Source of the DNA: Candidatus Scatosoma sp.
GTDB lineage: Bacteria; Bacillota; Clostridia; Christensenellales; Borkfalkiaceae
NCBI GenBank assembly: GCA_045639305.1
Contig: JAZUCW010000083.1
Coordinates: forward strand, 1 to 34,441
Direction of reading: 5' to 3'
Length of the DNA stretch: 34,441 nt
The position numbers and the translations under genes were made by a program. The notes under the pieces were generated by a model. The model was not told where the DNA came from. It did no database searches and saw nothing but the letters and a program-made list of their open reading frames with translations. Positions 28,058 to 34,427 of the stretch are shown one piece after another; positions within the stretch are counted from its first letter, which is position 1; each line of letters starts with the position of its first letter.

Positions 28058-28086
28058 ATTATACGCCTCGTAGAAAAAAATAGCAA
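28058..28086 (-). promoter_or_regulatory. Sigma-A promoter placed for a leaderless transporter mRNA (TTGCTA-17-TATAAT, 6 nt, then ATG)
   Basis: The reverse strand reads TTGCTA-TTTTTTTCTACGAGGCG-TATAAT-AGAAGT-ATG. The A of the ATG (28051) sits 7 nt after the -10 hexamer. Confidence 0.6.
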
Positions 28087-28089
28087 TGC

Positions 28090-28130
28090 AAAAAAAAGAA
28101 AAACCCGATTTTCTTTTCGAAAAATCGGGT
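28090..28130 (-). terminator. Rho-independent terminator after rpmA
   Basis: The reverse strand reads ACCCGATTTT-TCGAAAAG-AAAATCGGGT followed by TTTTCTTTTTTTT. Confidence 0.8.
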
Positions 28131-28149
28131 TGGTTATCCGTTTACGGAT

Positions 28150-28425
28150 TTACGCGTTGGGATAAACGCTTGCTTTCTTTCTGTCTTTGCCCATTCTTTC
28201 ATACCGAACAACGCCGTCTACGAGCGCAAACAACGTATCGTCTTTACCGATACCAACGTTTGCACCGGGATGGATCTTCGTGCCTCTCTGGCGAACGAGG
28301 ATGTTCCCTGCGAGAACCGACTGGCCGTCGCTACGCTTTACGCCAAGTCTTTTCGCTTCGCTGTCTCTCCCGTTGTGGGAAGAACCGGTACCTTTTTTAT
28401 GAGCGAATAAACTGATAAAAATCAT
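28150..28425 (-). CDS. rpmA: 50S ribosomal protein L27, with a 7-residue N-terminal extension
   Basis: Translation [31 protein letters not shown]...[11 protein letters not shown]. The E. coli mature N-terminus aligns at AHKK. AAGGAG sits 8 nt upstream of ATG 28425 and fixes the start. Confidence 0.95.
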   Translation of the reverse strand: MIFISLFAHKKGTGSSHNGRDSEAKRLGVKRSDGQSVLAGNILVRQRGTKIHPGANVGIGKDDTLFALVDGVVRYERMGKDRKKASVYPNA

Positions 28426-28485
28426 CTTTATTTCTCCTTAAAAATCTTTTTTCTGCTTACCCTAAATCAAGGGCAGCCCGTGCAA

Positions 28486-28791
28486 TTAGAGTTCGATTTT
28501 TTCAACTTTAACTGCGGTGAAGGGTTGTCTGTGACCCTGCTTCTTACGCTCGTTTTTCTTTGCTTTGTACTTAAAGACGATAATTTTCTTCGCCTTGTCC
28601 TGCTTAACGACCGTAGCGGTAACCTTTGCAGAAGCAACTTCCGCGCCGGTCTTGATACCGTTTTCGTCAGCAACCATCAGCACTTTAAAGGAAACGGTTT
28701 CGCCTTCCGCTGCTGCAAGTTTTTCAACTCTTACAACGTCGCCTTCCGCAACTTTATACTGCTTGTTGCCGTTATCGATGATAGCGTACAT
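28486..28791 (-). CDS. rplU: 50S ribosomal protein L21
   Basis: Start at ATG 28791 ([25 protein letters not shown]...), with GAGGAGG upstream. Contains [25 protein letters not shown]. The 22-codon upstream extension in the ORF track is leader sequence. Confidence 0.95.
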   Translation of the reverse strand: MYAIIDNGNKQYKVAEGDVVRVEKLAAAEGETVSFKVLMVADENGIKTGAEVASAKVTATVVKQDKAKKIIVFKYKAKKNERKKQGHRQPFTAVKVEKIEL

Positions 28792-28897
28792 AAAGTTTTT
28801 ACCTCCTCTTTCCAGTCTCGAAGAATATCCAAGGCGCGGATTTTTCCTTATTTTCAAGAAAAAATGCCGACTTAAAAAAGCCCGTTTCTATCGGCTC
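28792..28897 (-). ncRNA. Structured 5' leader of rplU-rpmA (possible L21-leader-type autoregulatory element)
   Basis: There are about 105 nt between the predicted transcription start and the ATG. The reverse strand holds nested or alternative hairpins: GCCGA...UCGGC followed by AUUUUUUC, and AGCC-GAUAGAAAC-GGCU followed by UUUUU. I cannot align it to the Rfam L21_leader model by eye. Confidence 0.35.
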
Positions 28898-28904
28898 GAC
28901 TATC

Positions 28905-28934
28905 ACTATACCATATTCCCTTCTTTTTCGTCAA
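28905..28934 (-). promoter_or_regulatory. Sigma-A promoter for rplU-rpmA (TTGACG-18-TATAGT, TG-extended)
   Basis: The reverse strand reads TTGACG-AAAAAGAAGGGAATATGG-TATAGT. Confidence 0.65.
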
Positions 28935-29022
28935 GCATTTTTGCAGGAAAATCCAAGATTTTTTCGATATTTTTCAGTATTGCCCGCCCGCCTTTTACGC
29001 ACACTATAAAAAAGGAGGCATC

Positions 29023-29469
29023 ATGGAACAAAAACCCTTTAAAAAACCGGAGGAAGCACTCTCCGAAATCTACCGCAACGCACAGCTTGCTCTCGAATCG
29101 ATTTCCGATATCCTGCCCGCTGTCGACGACGAAGAACTCAGAACCGAGCTTTTATCTCAGCACGAACAATACGAACACTTTTCTGCCAAAGCGCAAATGC
29201 TCGCCAAAAACCTTGGCACCGAATTGAAAGAGCCGGGCGCCTTTAAAAAAATGATGATGTGGGGCTCGATTAAAATGAGCACCTTAACGGACAACTCCCG
29301 CGCGCATATTGCGGATATGATGATTCAAGGCACGGTGATGGGAATTACCGCCCTTCGCACGACGGCAAGCGAATTGCCCATCGACGGCAACGACGAAATC
29401 CTCGCCCTGCTGGATGAAATGATCAAAACGGAAGAAGGTTTTGAAAAGAAGTGGAAAGAATATCTCTAA
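29023..29469 (+). CDS. Hypothetical all-helical protein (four-helix-bundle / ferritin-like appearance)
   Basis: 148 aa with a strong RBS (AAGGAGG, 5 nt spacer). It has heptad-like helical segments and no TM or signal peptide. I do not recognise a family with confidence. Confidence 0.6.
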   Translation: MEQKPFKKPEEALSEIYRNAQLALESISDILPAVDDEELRTELLSQHEQYEHFSAKAQMLAKNLGTELKEPGAFKKMMMWGSIKMSTLTDNSRAHIADMMIQGTVMGITALRTTASELPIDGNDEILALLDEMIKTEEGFEKKWKEYL

Positions 29470-29472
29470 CCC

Positions 29473-29500
29473 ATACCCGCCCTCATCGGCGGGTATTTTC
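29473..29500 (+). terminator. Probable terminator after the hypothetical gene
   Basis: ATACCCGCC-CTCATC-GGCGGGTAT followed by TTTC. The T-run is short. Confidence 0.55.
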
Positions 29501-29550
29501 ATCTCGTACACGGTAGCCTTGTTTTATTTCATTTCGTACATGGTATCCCC
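29498..29550 (+). repeat. Dispersed intergenic motif, two tandem copies d1 and d2
   Basis: TTTCATCTCGTACACGGTAGCC (29498..29518) and TTTCATTTCGTACATGGTATCCCC (29527..29550), with starts 29 nt apart. Confidence 0.65.
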
Positions 29551-29620
29551 ATTTTTATCCATGCGAATCGACAAAGTTTTCTTGACAAGATTTCCCCGTT
29601 CTCTTTACTTTTTCAAAAGT

Positions 29621-29641
29621 TTATGTTATACTATAACATAA
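29621..29641. promoter_or_regulatory. Perfect 21-bp palindrome overlapping the likely -10 of the rlmI-like gene
   Basis: TTATGTTATA-C-TATAACATAA has 10-bp arms. TGTTATACT (29624..29632) reads as an extended -10, with TTTACT 17 nt upstream. It lies 22 nt before ATG 29663. Confidence 0.5.
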
Positions 29642-29662
29642 GAACGAATTTCGAGGGGTTTT

Positions 29663-30829
29663 ATGGCGTATACCGTCTATTTGAAAAAGAACGAAGAAAA
29701 GCGGCTGCTTGCCGGGCATAGTTGGGTTTTTGCCAACGAAGTCGCAAAAATCGAGGGCAAGGACAAAAACGGTGCGCTCGTTTCCGTTTGCGCGTTCGAC
29801 GGGCGGTTTATCGGCAAGGGCTATATCAACCACGCCTCGAAAATTCTCGTCCGCATTTTCATTCGCGATGGCGAAACGGACGAGGGCGATTTTTATTATC
29901 AGCGAATTTTGGACGCTTGGGAACAACGCAAAAAATTAGGCTATGAAAACTGTTGTCGGGTCGTCTTTGGTGAAGCGGACAACCTGCCTGCCCTCATCGT
30001 AGATAAGTACGCGGATATTCTCGTTGTTCAATGTCTTTCGCTCGGTATCCACCAACGCAAAAAACAAATCGTGGAGGCGTTGGTAAAAATCTTTTCGCCT
30101 AAAGGCATCTTCGAACGCAGCGACGTCGCCGTTCGCGCCAAAGAGGGGCTTCCCTTGGAAAAGGGCGTGCTGTACGGTGAAGTTCCCGACGAAGTGCAGA
30201 TTATCGAAAACGGATTAACGATGTCCGTGGACGTAAAAAACGGACAAAAAACGGGGTATTTCCTTGACCAAAAGGAAAACCGTTTTGCCTTGCGCCGCTA
30301 CGCAACGGGCGGCACTGTCCTCGACTGTTTTTGCAACAGCGGCGGGTTTTCTTTAAACGCCGCCCTGACGGCAAACGAGGTTACGGCGGTAGACGTTTCG
30401 GCGTTTGCCCTTGAAAACGTACGAAAAAACGCCGCGCTGAACGGTTTAACGAATATAAAAACACAGCAAGCGGACGTTTTTGAACTGCTTAGACAAAAGC
30501 GCAGCGAAAAAGAACAATACGACCTCGTGGTTTTGGATCCGCCCGCCTTTTGCAAGAGCGCGAACGAGGCGAAGGACGCCTACCGCGGCTATAAAGACAT
30601 CAATATTTTGGGTATCAAGCTCGTCAAAAGCGGCGGCTATCTCGCCACTTGCTCCTGTTCCCATTACATGACCCTGCCGCTGTTTGAAAAAATGCTTTCC
30701 GACGCGGCAAAGGAAAGCGGCAGACGGGTACGGGTTCTGGAAATGCGCACCCAAGCCCCCGACCACCCTGCGCTTTTAAACGAAGAGGAAACGCAATACC
30801 TCAAATTCTTCGTTTTGCAGGTATTATAA
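29663..30829 (+). CDS. Class I SAM-dependent rRNA methyltransferase with an N-terminal PUA-like domain (RlmI/RlmK-like, 23S rRNA m5C family)
   Basis: 388 aa. The N-terminus KKNEEKRLLAGHSWVFANEV is RlmI-like. It has the SAM block VLDCFCNSGGFSL and DLVVLDPPAF, and the catalytic region ATCSCSH. Confidence 0.8.
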   Translation: MAYTVYLKKNEEKRLLAGHSWVFANEVAKIEGKDKNGALVSVCAFDGRFIGKGYINHASKILVRIFIRDGETDEGDFYYQRILDAWEQRKKLGYENCCRVVFGEADNLPALIVDKYADILVVQCLSLGIHQRKKQIVEALVKIFSPKGIFERSDVAVRAKEGLPLEKGVLYGEVPDEVQIIENGLTMSVDVKNGQKTGYFLDQKENRFALRRYATGGTVLDCFCNSGGFSLNAALTANEVTAVDVSAFALENVRKNAALNGLTNIKTQQADVFELLRQKRSEKEQYDLVVLDPPAFCKSANEAKDAYRGYKDINILGIKLVKSGGYLATCSCSHYMTLPLFEKMLSDAAKESGRRVRVLEMRTQAPDHPALLNEEETQYLKFFVLQVL

Positions 30830-30870
30830 ACGGCTTGTAAAAGGAAACAACGCACAAAATAACGGATTTT

Positions 30871-31827
30871 ATGAAAGAATTATTGCAAAACACGCGGGCG
30901 TACCGCCTCTTAACAACCGAATATGCGGAAAACCGACTTTCCCACGCCTATCTTCTTTTATTAGAAGATACGCGCAATTTGCGTTTTGCCTTGAAAACCT
31001 TTGCAAAAATCCTGTTCGACGGGGAAGAATATAACGAACGCATCACTCGGCTTATCGATACGGAAAGCTTTTCCGACTGTCTGTTTTTCCCGCAATCGGG
31101 TAAAAAACTCACCGTCGAGGACGCGGAAAAAATCAAAGAGGAATGTACCTTAAAACCTCTTGAGGGGGATAAAAAAGTCTTCGTACTCGGCGATTTTTCC
31201 GAAGCGAACGTACAGACCCAAAACAAGCTGTTAAAACTTTTGGAAGAACCGCCGCAGGGGGTATATTTCCTGCTTGGCGCAACCTCCGTGTATCCCTTGC
31301 TTTCCACCGTGCTATCCCGTACGAAACGGCTGGATATCCCGCCGTTTGGCGTGGAGGAAATCGCCGCCTGTTTGAACCGTTTTTACGGTGAAAAATACGA
31401 AAACGACAGTCTTGTCCTTTGCTCGGCAGCGGCAAACGGCAACGTCGGAAAAGCGCAAGCCATGTTAGAGGGCGGGTATTATAAAACGCTGCTTTCCGAC
31501 GCCTTTTTACTCTGTCTTGCAAGCGATTCCGCTCTGCCCGTCGTGGTAAAACAAATCGGCGAAAGCAAACACGCAAAAGAACTTCTTTCCTCTCTGCGCC
31601 TTATCTTTAGAGACGCGCTCCTCATAAAAACGGGACAAAAAACAACGAACCTGTTGTTAAAAACAGAAAAAGAAAATCTCAAAAAAGTAGCAAACCGCTA
31701 TACGCTTTCCGCCCTGTTCTACGCGCAAGAAGCGCTTGGTAAAGCGGAAAAAGAGCTCGCCTTCAACGCGGTATTCCCGCAGTGTATCGAGCTTTGTATG
31801 GCAAAAATTCAATCAAAAAATAAATAA
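30871..31827 (+). CDS. holB: DNA polymerase III subunit delta'
   Basis: 318 aa. RLSHAYLL is followed by a degenerate P-loop region. KVFVLGDFSEANVQTQNKLLKLLEEPP and LSTVLSRTKRL match the clamp-loader delta' boxes (sensor SRC-like). ricT follows, as in B. subtilis. Confidence 0.85.
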   Translation: MKELLQNTRAYRLLTTEYAENRLSHAYLLLLEDTRNLRFALKTFAKILFDGEEYNERITRLIDTESFSDCLFFPQSGKKLTVEDAEKIKEECTLKPLEGDKKVFVLGDFSEANVQTQNKLLKLLEEPPQGVYFLLGATSVYPLLSTVLSRTKRLDIPPFGVEEIAACLNRFYGEKYENDSLVLCSAAANGNVGKAQAMLEGGYYKTLLSDAFLLCLASDSALPVVVKQIGESKHAKELLSSLRLIFRDALLIKTGQKTTNLLLKTEKENLKKVANRYTLSALFYAQEALGKAEKELAFNAVFPQCIELCMAKIQSKNK

Positions 31828-31846
31828 TTTAGTTTAAGGATATTTT

Positions 31847-32701
31847 ATGGTTAAAGTAGTTGGTATCAAATTTAAAAACGGCGGCAAGCTGTATTATTTT
31901 TCCCCGAAAAAAGGGGACGTTTACGAACGGAATATGCCCGTTGTCGTCGAGACGGCAAGGGGGTTAGAATACGCTTGGGTGGCGTACCCTGAAAAAGAAG
32001 TCGAGGACGAGGAAGTCGTTTCTCCTTTAAAACCCGTCGTCCGCATTGCCACGCAAAAAGATAAGGATTTTTATAACTCCTGCCAAGAAAAACGCCCGCA
32101 GGCGATGCAAATTTGCAGAGAAAAAATCGCCGCGCATAAGTTGGATATGAAGCTCGTCGATTGCGAATACGCTTTTGACGGCAGTAAAATTTCTTTTTTC
32201 TTTACTTCGGCAAACCGCGTCGATTTCCGCGAGCTGGTCAAAGACCTCGCCGCCACCTTCCATACCCGTATCGAACTTAGGCAGGTTGGTACGCGCGATG
32301 AAACGAAATATTTGGGCGGGCTTGCGCCTTGCGGCAGAGTTTGTTGCTGCGCGGGGAATATGCCCGAATTTAAAAAAGTCAGCGTAAAAATGGCAAAAAC
32401 GCAAGGGCTTTCTTTAAACCCCGGCAAAATCAGCGGGCTTTGCGGCAGACTGATGTGCTGTTTAAGCTATGAAAACGATTATTATGCAGAAGTCGGCAAA
32501 AAAATGCCGAAGATCGGCGCAGAAGTCGGCACACCCGAAGGGAAAGGAATCGTAGCCTCCGTCAATATGTTGAAGTTGGAAGTCAAAGTAAAATTTTCCG
32601 ACCAAAACGGCGGCTTGACCTTTAAAGATTACCCGTTAGAATTCGTCCGTTTCAAGAAAACCGTACAAGCGGAAGAAAAAGACGATTTAGACGAAGAATA
32701 A
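31847..32701 (+). CDS. ricT: RicT/YaaT (PSP1 domain, Fe-S containing regulatory iron-sulfur complex component)
   Basis: VVGIKFKNGGKLYYFSP...VVVETARGLEYA... belongs to the PSP1 C-terminal domain. Cys clusters include LAPCGRVCCCAG and LCGRLMCCLSYE. Confidence 0.9.
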   Translation: MVKVVGIKFKNGGKLYYFSPKKGDVYERNMPVVVETARGLEYAWVAYPEKEVEDEEVVSPLKPVVRIATQKDKDFYNSCQEKRPQAMQICREKIAAHKLDMKLVDCEYAFDGSKISFFFTSANRVDFRELVKDLAATFHTRIELRQVGTRDETKYLGGLAPCGRVCCCAGNMPEFKKVSVKMAKTQGLSLNPGKISGLCGRLMCCLSYENDYYAEVGKKMPKIGAEVGTPEGKGIVASVNMLKLEVKVKFSDQNGGLTFKDYPLEFVRFKKTVQAEEKDDLDEE

Positions 32702-32704
32702 TTT

Positions 32705-32727
32705 CCCCCTACCAGGTACGAGATTAA
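32705..32727 (-). repeat. Dispersed intergenic motif copy e (reverse strand: TTAATCTCGTACCTGGTAGGGGG)
   Basis: Begins 4 nt after the ricT stop codon, in inverted orientation. Confidence 0.5.
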
Positions 32728-32731
32728 CAAT

Positions 32732-32766
32732 AAAAAAGACACGGAAAAACCCGTGTCTTTTTGTTT
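32732..32766. terminator. Bidirectional terminator between ricT and the acyltransferase gene
   Basis: AGACACGG-AAAAAC-CCGTGTCT is flanked by AAAAA upstream and TTTTTGTTTT downstream. Confidence 0.8.
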
Positions 32767-32778
32767 TCTTTGTTCGTC

Positions 32779-33513
32779 TTACAACCGGAAAATTCTGCGC
32801 ATATAATTTAAGTTGCAATTCTCTCTGTCTAATAAAACGAAAACGTCTACGCTGCCAAATTCCCAATCGGTAAAACTGTCTTTGGAAAATTTCGAACCCA
32901 TTTCCATATAGACTCTTATCAAGGCGGGTAAACTGCGTTTTAAACTGCGTTCGTCTAAAACGTCCTTTTCTAAAATTTCTACCTGCTTTTCTTCGTTTGC
33001 TTTGATTTTATATCGCTCGTCTACCGCGTGGTATTGTGCAAGATACGAAAATTCCTTTTGAAATACGCTCTTATCCGTACCCATAAAACTTGCTTCGCCT
33101 ATCGTATAACGGTATCCGTTATCTATTATGTATTTCACGACGTAACCCAAAAGGTGCATCAATACCGTCGTGTTTCTGTATTCTTTTTTAATCACCGCGC
33201 GGCTCAGTTCAACAATCGTTTCTCCCGTCGCTTTTAAACCGTCTATGTTAAACTCGTCCTCGCATAAAAATTTCTTTCCCGCAGGTAAATCGTTAGAAGT
33301 AATAAAACGGTACGTCCCTACGACTTCGCCCGTGTCGTTATCCTTACAAAGGATAATTTTCGCGTATTCGTCGTATTCGGTAATATCCAAACCGTTTTGA
33401 TTGTTTGCTTCTTCATTATATTCCAACAGCATATCATTATATCTAAGCCGATAAACCGCATTTTTTTCTTCGTCCGTTTCGGCAAATTTTACGCTAAATT
33501 TTTCCGATGCCAT
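32779..33513 (-). CDS. GNAT-fold N-acyl amino acid synthase / OlsB-like acyltransferase (Acetyltransf_5, PF13444-like; often annotated as putative hemolysin)
   Basis: Start at ATG 33513 (AAGGAGG 8 nt upstream). Translation MASEKFSVKFAETDEEKNAVYRLRYNDMLLEY...VGTYRFI...ELSRAVIKKEYRN...LPALIRVYMEMGSKFS...DWEFGSVDVFVLLD matches the length and motif order of that family. The assignment is from memory and has not been searched. Confidence 0.65.
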   Translation of the reverse strand: MASEKFSVKFAETDEEKNAVYRLRYNDMLLEYNEEANNQNGLDITEYDEYAKIILCKDNDTGEVVGTYRFITSNDLPAGKKFLCEDEFNIDGLKATGETIVELSRAVIKKEYRNTTVLMHLLGYVVKYIIDNGYRYTIGEASFMGTDKSVFQKEFSYLAQYHAVDERYKIKANEEKQVEILEKDVLDERSLKRSLPALIRVYMEMGSKFSKDSFTDWEFGSVDVFVLLDRENCNLNYMRRIFRL

Positions 33514-33541
33514 TGTGTGGTCCTCCTTTTTAATTTTTTCT

Positions 33542-33569
33542 ATTATATCACAAAATATAAAAATGTAAA
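33542..33569 (-). promoter_or_regulatory. Sigma-A promoter for the acyltransferase gene (TTTACA-16-TATAAT, TG-extended)
   Basis: The reverse strand reads TTTACA-TTTTTATATTTTGTGA-TATAAT. A second TTGACA lies further upstream at 33586..33591. Confidence 0.55.
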
Positions 33570-33593
33570 TACTTTTTAAAAAATTTGTCAATT

Positions 33594-33628
33594 TTTAAAA
33601 CAAAAAATCCTCTTTAAAGAGGATTTTT
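33594..33628 (-). terminator. Terminator hairpin at the 3' end of rsmG
   Basis: The palindrome AAAAATCCTCTTTAAAGAGGATTTTT carries the rsmG stop codon in its centre. The reverse strand follows it with TTTTTTGTTTT. Confidence 0.6.
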
Positions 33629-34309
33629 CCGTTCTTTTCCCTGCCCCCTTGGATACAAAGCAGGGGTATTTTTTATTTTTTCCACGACAGCCAACACCCT
33701 TTCCCCATAATTTTCAGGCAACGAATAGGGCAGTATTTCCTTTATTTTTCCGCCCAGTATAGCGCAAGCGTTTTTCGCCTCTTCTATCTCGTTTATATCC
33801 CCGCTTTTATAAGCGACAAATTTTCCTCCCACCTTTACGAAAGGCATACAATATTCGCAAAGTGTGTTCATCCTTGCCACCGCACGCGCCGTCGCGATAT
33901 CATATTTTTCTCTATACTTTTTATCCCTTGCGGCATCCTCGGCACGAATGTTATAAATATGCACGTTTTTTAAGTGCAATTTATCCACAACCGCTTTTAA
34001 AAATTCGCATTTTTTCCCAACGCTTTCAAAAAGGTCGAACTTTAAATCTTCACGCAATATTTTTAAAACGATAGAAGGAAACCCAGCCCCTGAACCAATC
34101 TCTGCCACGAACGCGTCTTTTTTAAACAACTCCATTCCCGCCGCGCTGTCTAAAAAATGCTTATAATACATATCTTTTTCTTCTAAAATCGTCGTAAGAT
34201 TGTATTTTTTGTTGTATTCTAACAGCATTGCGCGGAATTCTTCTAATTTTTCCTTTCCGTCGCCTAATACTTTTTCTTTGTATATGTTTTCAATATCTAA
34301 ACTTTTCAT
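33614..34309 (-). CDS. rsmG: 16S rRNA (guanine527-N7)-methyltransferase
   Basis: YNKKYNLTTILEEKDMYYKHFLDSA, the SAM motif AEIGSGAGFPSIVL, and ATARAVA...GGKFVAYKS. The start is either ATG 34309 (MKSLDIEN) or ATG 34321. The latter lies inside the predicted -10 box, so I prefer 34309. Confidence 0.9.
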   Translation of the reverse strand: MKSLDIENIYKEKVLGDGKEKLEEFRAMLLEYNKKYNLTTILEEKDMYYKHFLDSAAGMELFKKDAFVAEIGSGAGFPSIVLKILREDLKFDLFESVGKKCEFLKAVVDKLHLKNVHIYNIRAEDAARDKKYREKYDIATARAVARMNTLCEYCMPFVKVGGKFVAYKSGDINEIEEAKNACAILGGKIKEILPYSLPENYGERVLAVVEKIKNTPALYPRGQGKERKNPL

Positions 34310-34319
34310 AGTAAAATCC

Positions 34320-34348
34320 ATTATACCATCTTTTTACAAAAATAGCAA
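34320..34348 (-). promoter_or_regulatory. Sigma-A promoter for rsmG (TTGCTA-17-TATAAT, TG-extended)
   Basis: The reverse strand reads TTGCTA-TTTTTGTAAAAAGATGG-TATAAT. ATG 34309 lies only 10 nt after the -10 box, so the leader would be about 4 nt. Confidence 0.6.
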
Positions 34349-34396
34349 ACTTTTTTTTCATGCTTTTTTATTTCTTCCACTTTGCTGTGCAGTAAG

Positions 34397-34427
34397 TTAT
34401 CCACTTGTTTATAACCTATGTGGATAA
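34397..34427. other. DnaA boxes at the right window edge (cluster possibly continues outside)
   Basis: TTATCCACT (34397..34405, one mismatch) and a perfect TGTGGATAA (34419..34427) lie 50-80 nt upstream of the rsmG promoter. AT-rich sequence runs to the window end. Confidence 0.6.
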
